DNA of 64,000 bases from an uncultured delta proteobacterium (GCA_963804955.1 CAWDSQ010000036.1:12337-76336); one strand, 5' to 3'; numbered from the stretch's first letter, positions 23,665 to 34,729 are shown. Numbers and translations: made by a program. Notes: generated from the letters alone by a model not told the origin.

Positions 23665-24077
23665 AGCGTCACCTGTATGCCTTGTCTTTATCAATCTGCT
23701 GACAGGGTTCCATCAGCATGTATTTTATTTAAAAGTATATCACGGCTTACTGCAAATTCCTACTGCTGAAACCGGCATGAGGGCTTTTAGGGTTTCGCCT
23801 TTAATCGTCGGATATATCCCCGGCTGTGATCGAGATGCTGAGAACGCAGAGCAAGAAAATTTTCCACCTCTGTGCACTCTGTGACCCTGTGATGAAACTT
23901 CTGGATGCCTGCTCTTTTCTTTCATTTTTCTTTGACAATTTTTAATAATTTTATTAGATTTTTTATTACAATATTCATACCTGTTAAAGGGGATACTCAA
24001 AACCACGCAAAATTCAAAATTCATTAAAATTTCGGAAAATTTTCCTTTCAGCCTGAATAATTTTTTCGGAGAGAGCC

Positions 24078-25319
24078 ATGAAGAACAAAGCCATTACAAT
24101 TTCCAAAAATGACCTGAGAAAGTCACTGCCCGATGTTGCCTGCAATGAAGCAGAGGATGCTTTTTTTGCTGTCTGGGCCGCAGCCCCCGGCATGGACAGC
24201 AGCAGTGCCGATTACTTTATTTCCGGCCAGAAAATTTCAAGCTCGGGCGAGACACTGGGCGGGCCTGTCGAGGTGCTGAAAACCGAAGACATACTGATGC
24301 TGCCCCGCGTGCTGTACAATCCCAACAAAAACCAATACCTGGTTATCTACTGCCGCGGGGAAAACAATTTTAATATCCGGGGCATGATTCTTGATGCCGG
24401 CGGCAGGGCTGTGGGTGAGCAGTTCAAGGTGACCGATGTGCCGGCAAACCAGTTTCATTATACCATGGCATTCAATTCCAGAAGAAATCAGTTTCTCATC
24501 ACCTACAATGACTTCCGGGATGATGTGGGGACTGCCTACGGGGTTATCATAGATGACACAGGCGCGGTCGTAAAAGGGGAGTTTGCCATCAGCAATGCCC
24601 CGGGCCATCAGGTGAACCCCGTGGTGTGCTACAACCCGCAGAATGATACCTATCTTGTAAACTGGGAGGATTTCAGAGCCCACGGCAATGGCCTTGAGCC
24701 CCTTGGCACGCTTGAGGTCATGACCGATATCTACGGCGCGCTGCTCTCCGCAGATGGCGCGATGCTGGTCAATGATATCCCCATGTGCGCCGATGCCGGT
24801 GCTGCGAATGCCGATCAGCGCTTTAACGGCATAGCCTACAATCCGAAGAAAAATGAATTTCTGGCCAGCTGGACCGATACCCGCACCAGCCTGCACAATG
24901 TGGGTATCATGGGCAGAATCGTGAAAGCAGACGGCTCCATGCCCGAGGCGGATTTTCCCCTGGTGAATCTGCCCGGCGCGCAGATGATAAGCCACACCCA
25001 TTACGCGCCGCAGGATGATGCCTACTTTATGGCTTTTGAGTGCGACCGCAATGATGTGGACAAGTTTTATTTCAAGGACATTAACGCACATCTTGATATA
25101 GCTGCCCTGTGGCTCGATGCCGGCGGCCGTCCCGCTGGCGGCATGATCGATATTTTCAGCGGCAGCGGCAACCAGCGCTTTGTGCGCTTCGCCCACAGCG
25201 CTGCAAGCAACACATTTCTGCTGGTCTGGCAGAGCGATTTCCCGGGCGTGTCCGATTCGGTCGAGGGCCATATCATGAGCGCCGGCGGCAATATTATGGG
25301 CGCGCTCTACAAAAAGTAA
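24078..25319 (+). CDS. Repeat protein, probable beta-propeller
   Basis: Recurrent YNPxxNxYLVxW / G-x-I-x-D-x-x-G units; long ORF with RBS. Confidence 0.7.
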   Translation: MKNKAITISKNDLRKSLPDVACNEAEDAFFAVWAAAPGMDSSSADYFISGQKISSSGETLGGPVEVLKTEDILMLPRVLYNPNKNQYLVIYCRGENNFNIRGMILDAGGRAVGEQFKVTDVPANQFHYTMAFNSRRNQFLITYNDFRDDVGTAYGVIIDDTGAVVKGEFAISNAPGHQVNPVVCYNPQNDTYLVNWEDFRAHGNGLEPLGTLEVMTDIYGALLSADGAMLVNDIPMCADAGAANADQRFNGIAYNPKKNEFLASWTDTRTSLHNVGIMGRIVKADGSMPEADFPLVNLPGAQMISHTHYAPQDDAYFMAFECDRNDVDKFYFKDINAHLDIAALWLDAGGRPAGGMIDIFSGSGNQRFVRFAHSAASNTFLLVWQSDFPGVSDSVEGHIMSAGGNIMGALYKK

Positions 25320-25403
25320 TCCGCCCGGATTCCGCAAGTGTGCGCACCGCACACCGGATGTATAATTAAAAGATTTCCGGAAATCAAACAGGCGGAGGAT
25401 AGT

Positions 25404-26060
25404 ATGATTATAGTCATCAACGGCAGCCCAAAACCCAAGGGCAACACGCAGCGGATGCTGGAGAAAATAGCCGGGGATACCGGCTTCGAGTATGAAATTT
25501 TCAATCTGGCCGAATTGAAAATAAGCCCCTGCACAGGATGCGTCAAGTGCGCCCGGAACAATCGCTGCATTCAGCCCGATGATATGCTGCCCATGTATGA
25601 CAGGATTGTCGCCGCCGATGCTCTGCTACTGGGCGGTGCGGTCTACTTCGGCCATGCCAATGCAGCTACGCTGACCTTTTTAGAGCGCCTTTTTCCCTTG
25701 CGGCATGTTGAGCCGCAGACTATCGGGAAATTTGCCGCGACGGTTTGTGTTGGAGGCAATGAGGCGGAGCAGAGCGTCAAACAATTATCCTATCAGCTGG
25801 AAAGCTACTTTAATTACAAAGTGATAGGCTCGGTCTTTTTCAACAGCGCCACGCCCCCGTGTTTTAGCTGCGGCTTCGGAACCACATGCCGCTATGGCGG
25901 CCCGGCCCGGTGGATGACGCAGGAAGAATTTGAAAATTTCAACGAAATCACGCCCGAGATGTTTCAAAACTTCGAGGATCATCCCGATGTGGTTGCAGCC
26001 TGTGCAAACCTTTCCCGTGAACTGAAGCAGGCCATTGCAGGTTTACCGGGACGGGTTTGA
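25404..26060 (+). CDS. Flavodoxin-family iron-sulfur flavoprotein
   Basis: INGSPKPKGNT, CxGCxxC...C, extra CFSCGFGTTC motif. Confidence 0.88.
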   Translation: MIIVINGSPKPKGNTQRMLEKIAGDTGFEYEIFNLAELKISPCTGCVKCARNNRCIQPDDMLPMYDRIVAADALLLGGAVYFGHANAATLTFLERLFPLRHVEPQTIGKFAATVCVGGNEAEQSVKQLSYQLESYFNYKVIGSVFFNSATPPCFSCGFGTTCRYGGPARWMTQEEFENFNEITPEMFQNFEDHPDVVAACANLSRELKQAIAGLPGRV

Positions 26061-26148
26061 TGCTTGCCGGATGAGCCCCATGAGCCTGCTTGTGAGTGGT
26101 AGTTGACGAGGTGGGGGAAACCCACCATTGATGTGAGGGAGGCACAAC

Positions 26149-26649
26149 ATGAAATCGATACTCAATCGCAGAAGCATCCGGAAATACACATCCCAGGCTG
26201 TAACGGACAGCCAGATACAGCAGCTTTTAAAGGCGGCCATGGCTGCTCCCTCAGCCGGTAATGAACAGCCCTGGGAATTTGTTGTCCTGCGGGATCGCAC
26301 AACCCTCAAAGCAATTCCAAAGTTTCATCCGTATGCACTGATGCTGTATGAGGCCTCTGTGGCCATTCTTGTCTGCGGTGATCTGAGCCGGGAAAAATAT
26401 AAAGGCTACTGGGTGCAGGACTGCGCCGCGGCAACGGAAAACATGCTTCTTGCGGCAGTTGAGCTGGGGCTTGGCGCGGTATGGCTGGGGGTGTATCCCA
26501 CAGAAGAGCGGGTCACGGCAATGCGCACGCTTCTGAATATTCCTGAAACAGTAGCGCCGTTTTCTTTAGTTTCCATCGGATATCCTGCGGAACAGCAAAA
26601 GCCTTCTGACAGATTTGATGCATCACGCATTCATTATAATCAGTGGTAA
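26149..26649 (+). CDS. Nitroreductase-family protein
   Basis: RRSIRKY, APSAGNEQPW, NMLLAAVELGLGAVW. Confidence 0.93.
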   Translation: MKSILNRRSIRKYTSQAVTDSQIQQLLKAAMAAPSAGNEQPWEFVVLRDRTTLKAIPKFHPYALMLYEASVAILVCGDLSREKYKGYWVQDCAAATENMLLAAVELGLGAVWLGVYPTEERVTAMRTLLNIPETVAPFSLVSIGYPAEQQKPSDRFDASRIHYNQW

Positions 26650-26760
26650 CAAGGGTGCGCTGCGCGTGCCGGATAGCAGGAAGTGGTGTGTGCACAGGTG
26701 TTTTTCGCTATACAGTCCCCGCTATGCGGGTGTTTGAGACTTTATATATGGAGGCTTGCA

Positions 26761-27312
26761 ATGAAAAAATCAATTTCAGTACCGGTTGTGTTCCTTGCCG
26801 TATGCTGTTTGCTTGCAGCCGGGTGCAAGCGCGAAGCGGAATTGTATTATGATGCAAGTGAATATGCGGTTGAAATTACCGGTTTTGGCTATACCTCCCC
26901 GCAGGATGTGGAATGCTGTGTTGTTTTCGATGCCGCCAAATTACACGATTATGTCGGGTGGAAGATCGTTGAAATAAGGCTTTTTAACCCTGATCAAAAT
27001 AATGCTGTCAGCTATACCCCCGAAGTGTATGAGGCCCGTGCCGGCATTTCAAATCCGGACGGTCTGGTCAGTATAAACTCGAGTCCGGCTGAAATCACGA
27101 GCCTTAACTGGAAAACAATCACGCTTGATACGCCGGTCACTATTGAAAGCTCCAAAGATTACTGGGCAGGATACAGGGTAACGGCGCAGGCCGGCCAGTA
27201 TCCACTTGCTGCAGGCGCGGAGCCGAATTATTCGAACAGCTACCTCTCAACGGGCGGCGGTTTTGCCTCCGTAACGTATAACTGGGTCATCAGAATAGTA
27301 GTTAAAAGATAG
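26761..27312 (+). CDS. Hypothetical lipoprotein
   Basis: GGAGG RBS; lipobox LAAGC; beta-rich domain. Confidence 0.7.
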   Translation: MKKSISVPVVFLAVCCLLAAGCKREAELYYDASEYAVEITGFGYTSPQDVECCVVFDAAKLHDYVGWKIVEIRLFNPDQNNAVSYTPEVYEARAGISNPDGLVSINSSPAEITSLNWKTITLDTPVTIESSKDYWAGYRVTAQAGQYPLAAGAEPNYSNSYLSTGGGFASVTYNWVIRIVVKR

Positions 27313-27460
27313 ATCATAAAACAGGGGGCAACCGTCCATGATTTTTCCAGAGCAGGAGAAAGCGCGGTCCGGTTTTCCTTAAATGTCACACCCCTTTTTC
27401 GTTGCACGTAGCTTATGGCGGGCGCCAGGGTGTTTGCAATAGCAGCTGAGGAATTTGTAG

Positions 27461-27652
27461 ATGTTTGATCATCTTGTTCGCGACGGCGTCATACTTTTTT
27501 TAATCGGCGTGACAATTCTCAACAAAATATGTCCGTTCATCAAACAGAGCAGAGTATCGGACACGCTTGCGACATTTCTCTGGGCAGGCTGGATCGCAAC
27601 CGTTGTCGGCTTTGTCTCGATGATGGCAGGGGTTTATGTAAATTCCTGGTGA
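27461..27652 (+). CDS. Small two-TM membrane protein
   Basis: GAGGA RBS; two hydrophobic segments. Confidence 0.45.
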   Translation: MFDHLVRDGVILFLIGVTILNKICPFIKQSRVSDTLATFLWAGWIATVVGFVSMMAGVYVNSW

Positions 27653-27685
27653 GCAGCGGATAGTTTGAGGTTGAGTCCCCTGCGA

Positions 27686-27739
27686 CGGAGATCATTTTTC
27701 TGCACAGATACAAGGGATTCCCGTCAAGCGGGAATGACA
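27686..27739. repeat. Partial GTCAT-type REP (right part only)
   Basis: ATCATTTTTC...AAGGGATTCCCGTCAAGCGGGAATGACA, near-identical to 42226-42273. Confidence 0.7.
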
Positions 27740-28005
27740 GGGAATGAAGCCATCCAGCTCATGCATGTAACTGTGTTTTGAGTGTCGGTTGCACGATTCA
27801 GTTAATTGCACTAATGAAAATCCGCACGAGCAATCCACCTGTTTGACATCTGAAGCTGAAGCACACAAATTTTTAACCATTGCATAACAAGGCCGGAGTC
27901 GGACATGCATGAGAAATAGGCCCCCGGGCTTTTTTCTATGCTATATTATAAGTTTAATTCTACGCAAGCAGCGTTTCTACTATAACAAAATCAAAGGAGG
28001 GTAAA

Positions 28006-28914
28006 ATGCGCACATGTACATCATCGGCAGTACTGGGTGTGCTGATTGCAGCAGCAGTGCTTAGTGCCGGAGGTATGCACCCGGCCGAAGCAGCACAAAA
28101 AACACAAGCCTTCACAATCAGCAGAGCGGAGCTTGAAGAAGCAGGCGCCACGCTGTTTAATCTGTCGCTTGCCATAGGCGGTGCGCGGGTCGATCTCATA
28201 CAGAGCGATAACAGCGATATCATTTTGAAGGCTGAAATAACCTATAATGACTTTGGCCCTGTACCAAAACTGCAGACAGCAGCTTCCGGCAGCATCTTTT
28301 CAGCAACGCTCAGTTCTGGAGACGAATCATCCTACATGATGCATTACAGCCCTTCCGTGCAGACATGGAGGGTTGAGATCGGCAGCTATAGCGTCGATAC
28401 AGACCTGATGGTGGCAGGCGGTGGTGTAGCGTGTGATATGGACTTTGGCGGTATGCCGCTGCGCACCATCAATCTCGCACTGGGAGGCGCATCCGCCACT
28501 ATTGACTTTACCGTCCCGACAACGCGCCGGGTGGAAAGCTTTATGGTCGAAGGCGGCGGGATGAATCTTGATATGAACCGGCTCGGCAACACGGACTTTG
28601 AGCGCTTTATGCTCGCCGGCGGAGGCGTGCTCGCCAGCCTTGATTTCAGCGGGGACTATGGCAGTACAATGCATGACGTCAAGATAATCGGCGCCGGCAG
28701 CCGGATCAGCATCTCGGTGCCGGAGGAAACCGGACAAGTGCTTGATTCGCTTTCAGTTGGTGGTCTGACAATCATTATGGGCCAGGGTTGGCAAAGAAAT
28801 ATAAACTTCTTCTTTTATAAGAATTACGAGTCGGACAATCATGACACTGCAGATGCGAATCTTGTTCTGCAACTGCTGTCAGCCGGATCTTTGATAACAG
28901 TCACACGCGACTAA
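28006..28914 (+). CDS. Exported toast-rack / LiaG-like beta-repeat protein
   Basis: AAGGAGG RBS; signal peptide; repeated L-x-x-G-G-x-x-x-x-x-D-F units. Confidence 0.65.
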   Translation: MRTCTSSAVLGVLIAAAVLSAGGMHPAEAAQKTQAFTISRAELEEAGATLFNLSLAIGGARVDLIQSDNSDIILKAEITYNDFGPVPKLQTAASGSIFSATLSSGDESSYMMHYSPSVQTWRVEIGSYSVDTDLMVAGGGVACDMDFGGMPLRTINLALGGASATIDFTVPTTRRVESFMVEGGGMNLDMNRLGNTDFERFMLAGGGVLASLDFSGDYGSTMHDVKIIGAGSRISISVPEETGQVLDSLSVGGLTIIMGQGWQRNINFFFYKNYESDNHDTADANLVLQLLSAGSLITVTRD

Positions 28915-29288
28915 GGCCGCAACTTAACATCATTATAGGGATTCAGGCATAAATCCGGGGGTAACCTGAATAAATCAGTTATAAAAAGCCGCCCGTCTCG
29001 GCGGGAAACCGTGGGACTGATGGGGCAGACCTGCGTGTCTGACCCCAGCAGGTGCGCCCTTTCAGGAGTATGTTCCCCATTTTCGGGCCGGTATAACGAA
29101 AAAGAGACAGTGGCGAATTTTTTTTACCTGCCAGAACAAAAATAATTCCGTGTGCTATACTCTACCTTTAGATTGTTTATGCCGCAGCTGGCTCTTGAAG
29201 AAAGAGACCGTTTGTGGTTCGGTAAATAACAGTTGCTTACACCTCAATGTTAAGCAAAAACAAAACACACTAACAAGGAGGATACACA

Positions 29289-29588
29289 ATGAAAAGTATC
29301 ACTATTGCCGCGACCGTCTTTTTTTTACTGGCGCTCATTGCGCCGGTTTTTGCTGAAAACGTTGCCACGGGCGACCTTTGCAATCCCAAAAAAATGGAAG
29401 AATGCAAAACAAAAATTGACACGCTTTTAAAATCGGTTGAAAGCCTGCGTTCGAGGCTGCAGAAAACGCAGTTGGAAATCAATACTGGGCGCAAACTAAC
29501 CAATGAGGAAGCCGACCGTATGTTGAAAAATATCGAGTCGACCAATCAGTCTTTACCGGCAACAGAAGGCTATATGTGGGACAATTGA
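29289..29588 (+). CDS. Small exported coiled-coil protein
   Basis: AAGGAGG RBS; signal peptide ending in VFA. Confidence 0.65.
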   Translation: MKSITIAATVFFLLALIAPVFAENVATGDLCNPKKMEECKTKIDTLLKSVESLRSRLQKTQLEINTGRKLTNEEADRMLKNIESTNQSLPATEGYMWDN

Positions 29589-29833
29589 GGCTGGCCCGGA
29601 CTTTGGCATGCCTGCAGCCTGCCTATTGCCGCATTCATAGGACATAAAAGGGGCAGAACCGCTTTTATGTCCACATGCAATCGCAATGCATGCTGAGAAA
29701 CCGCCGCGGCGGTTTCTCAGCATGCCATTTGTCCAACAATTCCCATGCCCCATATTTTTTCAGCCCTTTATGCTTTTCCCCATTTCCGGTCTTTTCATTC
29801 CAAGCCTTTTCCACAGTGCTTTCAAATGATGCA

Positions 29834-30130
29834 CTAGTGGATCATCACATTTGAAATTATCAGTTGAGATCACCCTCCCCTTAATCCCCTCCCATCAGAG
29901 GCTGTGTCATAATTGATTTATTAATGTCATTTCGAATCCGCCGCAGGCGGTGAGAAATCTTAAGCCCTTGATTTTACTTACTACAAAGATCTCTCCCTTC
30001 GGTCGAGATGACAGCAAAGTTAATTGCAATACAGCCTCTCAAGGGAGGGGAAAATTGTTGGCTCCCTCTCCCCTGGTGGGAGAGGGTTGGGGTGAGGGGG
30101 CCTACAAAATCAAATGTGAAGGCCTACTAG
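29834..30130. mobile_element. Nested MITE/REP composite
   Basis: Outer IR CTAGTnGnnnnTCACATTTGA; inner element 29898-30038 with GAGGCTGT...ACAGCCTC ends and a TCA duplication. Confidence 0.7.
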
Positions 30131-30343
30131 CCCAGCATGAAGAAAAAGGGGCTTTGCAGAAAGCGCAGCATGTCTGGCACAATATTTTAAGAAACTTATG
30201 CATTTCGATAATGTTTAAAAAGTAAAAATGCACGCCACTTCAAATTTCTGCAGCGGGGGCAGAGCATTGGCGTCGGCGACCTGCCGGCAGAAATTTAAAC
30301 AGGGTGTTTTTTGTAATGAATACGTATGCAATGAGGCTTTAAT

Positions 30344-32467
30344 ATGCGGCGTGGGAAAATGGCAGGCATACTGTGTGCGGGCGCTTTTCTGTTGCTGGTT
30401 CTGCCGGCCTTTGCGCTGGAATCGGATAATTTGACATATACGGTATCAGGCGCCGATGCGCTGACCATCACCGGCTATAGCGGTCCCGGCGGGGAAGTTC
30501 TCATTCCATCGATACTGGACGGCAGGCCGGTTGTCGGCATCGGGGCAGGGGCGTTTCTCAATCGCAGCAGCCTGACCAGCGTGACCATACCTGCCGGCGT
30601 GACTATCATCGGGCCATTAGCGTTCTCCGGGTGCAGCGGCTTGCGGCATGCATTTTTTCACGGCCATGCGCCGGTGATGGGGGCTTCTGTTTTTGCCGGT
30701 TGCGCAAGCGATTTTACTGTATACGCTGATTCGGGCAAGGCGGGCTTTAGCTATCCGAAATGGGATGGTTATCGGGCAGCCCCGTGCACTGATGCTGACC
30801 ATGACGGGTATTACAGCCAGGGCGGCGCATGCGGCCCGGTTGACTGCAATGACAATACTTCAGATGCAAAGCCGGGTGCTGCAGAAGCGTGCAACGGAAT
30901 CGACGATGACTGCGACGGAGCGCCTGATAACGGGCTGCCGTTTGCCTACTACTTCCGGGATGCCGATGCCGACGGGTATGGCGATCCTGACAGTGCCGGG
31001 CGGGTGCTCGCCTGTGAGCAGCCGGAGGGCTATGCCGATAACCGAACAGGCTTTGACTGCGATGACAATGATTCGGCCGTGCATCCCGGCGCGCCGGATG
31101 AGAATTGCAATGGTGTGGATGAGGATTGCGACAATGCAACCGATGAAGGGTACGAAGGTGTTGCGACCAGCTGCGGCATCGGGGCCTGCGCAAGGTCTGG
31201 CAGCACCTCATGCCCGGCCGGTGCTGAGGCGCCTGTTGACAGCTGCGTTGCCGGCGCCCCTGAGGCAGGCGATGCCACCTGCAACGGCATCGATGAAGAC
31301 TGCGATGGCGTCGCAGACGACGACTATATGCCCGAGCAGACCAGCTGCGGCGTGGGGGCATGCCTATCGCAGGGTTTTACTCTGTGCATGAACGGCGCGG
31401 TGCAGAATACCTGTACAGCCCGCAGGCCCTCAAGCGACACCACCTGCAACGGCATTGATGAAGACTGCGATGGCGTTGCAGACGACGACTATATGCCCGA
31501 GCAGACCAGCTGCGGCGTTGGCATATGCGCAGGCACTACGGGCAGCACGGCCTGCGTGGCCGGGTCAGTGGCGGACAGCTGCGATCCTCTGGCTGGAGCT
31601 TTGGCAGACAGCACCTGCAACGGCATAGATGAAGACTGTGACGGCGTGGCAGACGATGACTATGCTGCCGTACCCAGCACCTGCGGCGTGGGCGCATGCA
31701 TGTCCGAAGGTTTTACCCGGTGCCTGAACGGCGTGGTGCAGAACACCTGCTCAGCCCGCAGGCCGTCAAGCGACGCTAACTGCAACGGTATCGATGAGGA
31801 CTGCGACGGCACGGCAGACGACGACTATGCGGCCCGGCCGACCAGCTGCGGCGCGGGCGCATGCGCAGCCAAAGGTTCTGCCCTGTGCTTTAACGGCGCG
31901 GTGCAGGACAACTGCACAGCCGGCAGCCCGGCCGGCGAGATGTGCAACGGCATCGACGATGACTGTGACGGCGTTACTGACAACGGGCTTGAGTTTATTA
32001 CCTATTACCGCGATAGCGATGCCGACGCCTATGGCAATGCGCATAAATCCGTTGCTGCCTGTGACGGGCCGCCGGAGGGCTATGTCGACAGCCTGTCCGA
32101 TAATACAACAGCGGTGGTTTTTGACTGCGATGACAGTGATGCATCGCTGCACGCCGGATGCCCTGCTTCAGCCTGCGGCATGCAGGTCTCTCCGCGGCGG
32201 ATTTTTAAGCTGCTTGCCTTCTTTGATCCGCTCATCCCCTTTGTTGTGAGCCTCGACAGGGATAGCGCAGCGGCCTTTGCCCCTCCCATTGCCATCGACT
32301 GGGGCACTGAAGCCATCAACGATATCCTCCGGTCGAAAATCGGCCCGAGAAGCGTTGTCGGTTTTCTGCTGGTGCGGCCGTTCCGGCTTGAACCCGGCGA
32401 GTTTGATGTGACCGTCACGTTCGGCGCCGACAGCAGCAGCTGCGCCGGAACGATAGCGGTAGAGTAA
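30344..32467 (+). CDS. Exported Cys/Asp-rich surface protein: BspA-type LRR segment plus putative metal-binding (MopE-like) repeats
   Basis: Signal peptide; IGAGAF...LTSVTIP..VT.IG..AF.GC; seven CNG(I/V)D(E/D)DCD repeats; C-terminal beta domain. Confidence 0.8.
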   Translation: MRRGKMAGILCAGAFLLLVLPAFALESDNLTYTVSGADALTITGYSGPGGEVLIPSILDGRPVVGIGAGAFLNRSSLTSVTIPAGVTIIGPLAFSGCSGLRHAFFHGHAPVMGASVFAGCASDFTVYADSGKAGFSYPKWDGYRAAPCTDADHDGYYSQGGACGPVDCNDNTSDAKPGAAEACNGIDDDCDGAPDNGLPFAYYFRDADADGYGDPDSAGRVLACEQPEGYADNRTGFDCDDNDSAVHPGAPDENCNGVDEDCDNATDEGYEGVATSCGIGACARSGSTSCPAGAEAPVDSCVAGAPEAGDATCNGIDEDCDGVADDDYMPEQTSCGVGACLSQGFTLCMNGAVQNTCTARRPSSDTTCNGIDEDCDGVADDDYMPEQTSCGVGICAGTTGSTACVAGSVADSCDPLAGALADSTCNGIDEDCDGVADDDYAAVPSTCGVGACMSEGFTRCLNGVVQNTCSARRPSSDANCNGIDEDCDGTADDDYAARPTSCGAGACAAKGSALCFNGAVQDNCTAGSPAGEMCNGIDDDCDGVTDNGLEFITYYRDSDADAYGNAHKSVAACDGPPEGYVDSLSDNTTAVVFDCDDSDASLHAGCPASACGMQVSPRRIFKLLAFFDPLIPFVVSLDRDSAAAFAPPIAIDWGTEAINDILRSKIGPRSVVGFLLVRPFRLEPGEFDVTVTFGADSSSCAGTIAVE

Positions 32468-32568
32468 ACCGCCGGACCATAATGGAAGGAAGCGGTGAGG
32501 TGCTGTTTTTGCTCTGATTCGTCTTCGATATTTTAAAAGCCGGCAGTTGCCCCCCTTGTTCATGCCTT

Positions 32569-33645
32569 TTACTTCCCGTTTGACTGAATCGCAAGCTCCT
32601 CAGTGTACGTCTCCGGCATTGTGTTCAGCAAAAAATCAGCCGCCTGAGCGCGTTTTTCCAAATCCCTTGAGAAATGCATGGCAATAAAGTTCCAGGTTGC
32701 CAGTGCCGTCAGATCATGCTGCCGCTGCGGATCCATTCCGGCTGGCAGGGGCATATCGCACAGATCCAGCCCCGCCATTGCAAGGGCAGAGCAGCCGATA
32801 ATGTCAGCATTATCGGCCCAGAAGAACAGTGCGGACGCATTGGAAAACCCGGTATGCGTCCCCCCAACCAGGGTCAGCAGATATGCCGGGCCGGGGGCGG
32901 CACTCAGCAGCACGGGCGCATTTCCATCATAGGGTATAATTGCATCGATATCGCCGTGGATAAGCAGCAGGGGAACGGCGCTATCCGGGATGTCAAATAC
33001 GGTCTGGCCCTCATATGCGCCGGCAGCACAGGTAATCACCAGCGATAGACGCGAATCCCGAAGGCCCGAGGTGAAGCCGGCCATCAGGCTCACGCCGGCT
33101 CCCAGCGATGTACCTGCGGCTCCGATGCGGGCCTGGTCGATCTTTGCATAAAAGGGGCTGGAAGGATCAGAGCTGCGCTTGAGGATTTCATCGATCAAAA
33201 AGCTGACATCACCGGGGATGTTGACAATATCGGCATAGTTCAGCCTTAGGGCATCGTACAGGCTGGTTGCGGGTGCGGTAAACGATATGAAGACAACCCC
33301 CTGGGTGGCAAGGTAGCGCGCCAGATACGCCGGCTCCATCCTTTCCGACATAATGCCGTGGCTGTACACTATCAGCGGAAAAGGCCCGGGCGATTCGGTG
33401 AGCGGCGCGTTCCTGCCTGAAATGGTCCGGCGGGCATCATCGGACGGGTACCATATCTCGGTGACCAGCTTTCGGGTGTCCGGTCCCCTGCTGTTTTTAT
33501 ACGGCGCAACACCCCGGCTGGCATCCTCCAGCGTCCAGGTCCGGTGCCCTGCCTGGTAAGGGCCCGGCTCAAGGACGGACTCACCGGCCAGGGCGGAATA
33601 AAACGGAACGCCTGAAATCAGCAGCATGATCAAAAGCTTTTTCAC
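32569..33645 (-). CDS. Exported alpha/beta hydrolase
   Basis: Signal peptide; EIWYP, PLIVYSHG, nucleophile elbow GTSLG, HGDID, GTH. Confidence 0.85.
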   Translation of the reverse strand: MKKLLIMLLISGVPFYSALAGESVLEPGPYQAGHRTWTLEDASRGVAPYKNSRGPDTRKLVTEIWYPSDDARRTISGRNAPLTESPGPFPLIVYSHGIMSERMEPAYLARYLATQGVVFISFTAPATSLYDALRLNYADIVNIPGDVSFLIDEILKRSSDPSSPFYAKIDQARIGAAGTSLGAGVSLMAGFTSGLRDSRLSLVITCAAGAYEGQTVFDIPDSAVPLLLIHGDIDAIIPYDGNAPVLLSAAPGPAYLLTLVGGTHTGFSNASALFFWADNADIIGCSALAMAGLDLCDMPLPAGMDPQRQHDLTALATWNFIAMHFSRDLEKRAQAADFLLNTMPETYTEELAIQSNGK

Positions 33646-33759
33646 GGCAGCTCCTTGTGACAGTCGTGAAACTCAGCACGATTTTTCCAGCGTCAGGGGC
33701 AGTAAAAGGGGCGGTTCATTGTATTGACGTCAAGAGACGTGAGGTTTGGGCCTTACTTC

Positions 33760-34729
33760 TCTTATACGCGTAACCGGGTTTTAATGTCATCAATGATATC
33801 AACCCCCTCGGCTAGGCTTGAGGGTTTCCGGAGACAGCCAGGGGGAATGCACCTCCACACCCCGTCTGATGGTGGGATGATTCCACACTGCGGGACCGGC
33901 TGCTCCCGAGACCTGCAGCAGCGCAAGGCCCACCGTATCGGCAGCTACCAGGTCCGTGCTGGCCAGCACAATGCCCGGGGTTATGAGATTTCCTGAATCC
34001 GGCCCGCCGGAGTTGAACCCCTGCCGCGCATCAAGCACAGACAGGCGGATTTTATCCGTGCAGAGCGTTTTCAGCAATCGCTTTGTGAAAATTTATTGAG
34101 CCGTGCATAACATTGCGGTCGTCCTGGGGCAGGGCGCCCACAAAAATTTTCATGCCCATGGTGAAACCTGCCCCGCTATGCGTCCTCAGGGTCGGCAGAA
34201 CAATGATATGGTCCACCTGATCAAACAGCGCCGGAATGGAAAAGCCCCGGGGCCAAGTAGGCAGCGCCGGCCGGATGCACGGATATAAGCTCACCATCCT
34301 GAAATATGACCGGCACGGCACCGGCATCAAGGATAGCCTGGTATATGCCGGTTTGCTCAAGGCACTGCCGGGTATCCTGCCAGGTCGGGGACTGATCCCC
34401 CACAAAAACCTCACCCGCCCCGTGCTTTTTCAGAAGGGAAACAATCCTTGACACCATGAAAGGGCTGGTCGTGGCAGGGAACGGGTTTGGAGAATTGAGG
34501 GCAACCTTTATGAGTACGCTGTCGCCCGGTGACAGGAAGCCGAAGCCGCCGGCCAGATCAATCGCACGCGCAATTGCAGCAGCGTCATCGGTATCTTTTA
34601 CGAGCGATACGGAACTGATTGTGTCCGGGGGCGGGGCTTGCATCCCTGGTTCAGGGGAAGCGCACACAGCAGGGGGGCGCAACCGAGAAGTTTTAAGAAT
34701 TCTCTTCTTTTAAAAGTTTCTGAACTCAT
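33760..34729 (-). CDS. DUF362-domain protein with Tat signal (several frameshifts; end approximate)
   Basis: MSSETFKRREFLK; GDSVLIKVALN, LPTLRTHSGAGFTMGMKIFVG, ASTDLVAAD found across ORFs 34221-34682, 34052-34414 and 33799-34077. Confidence 0.75.
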
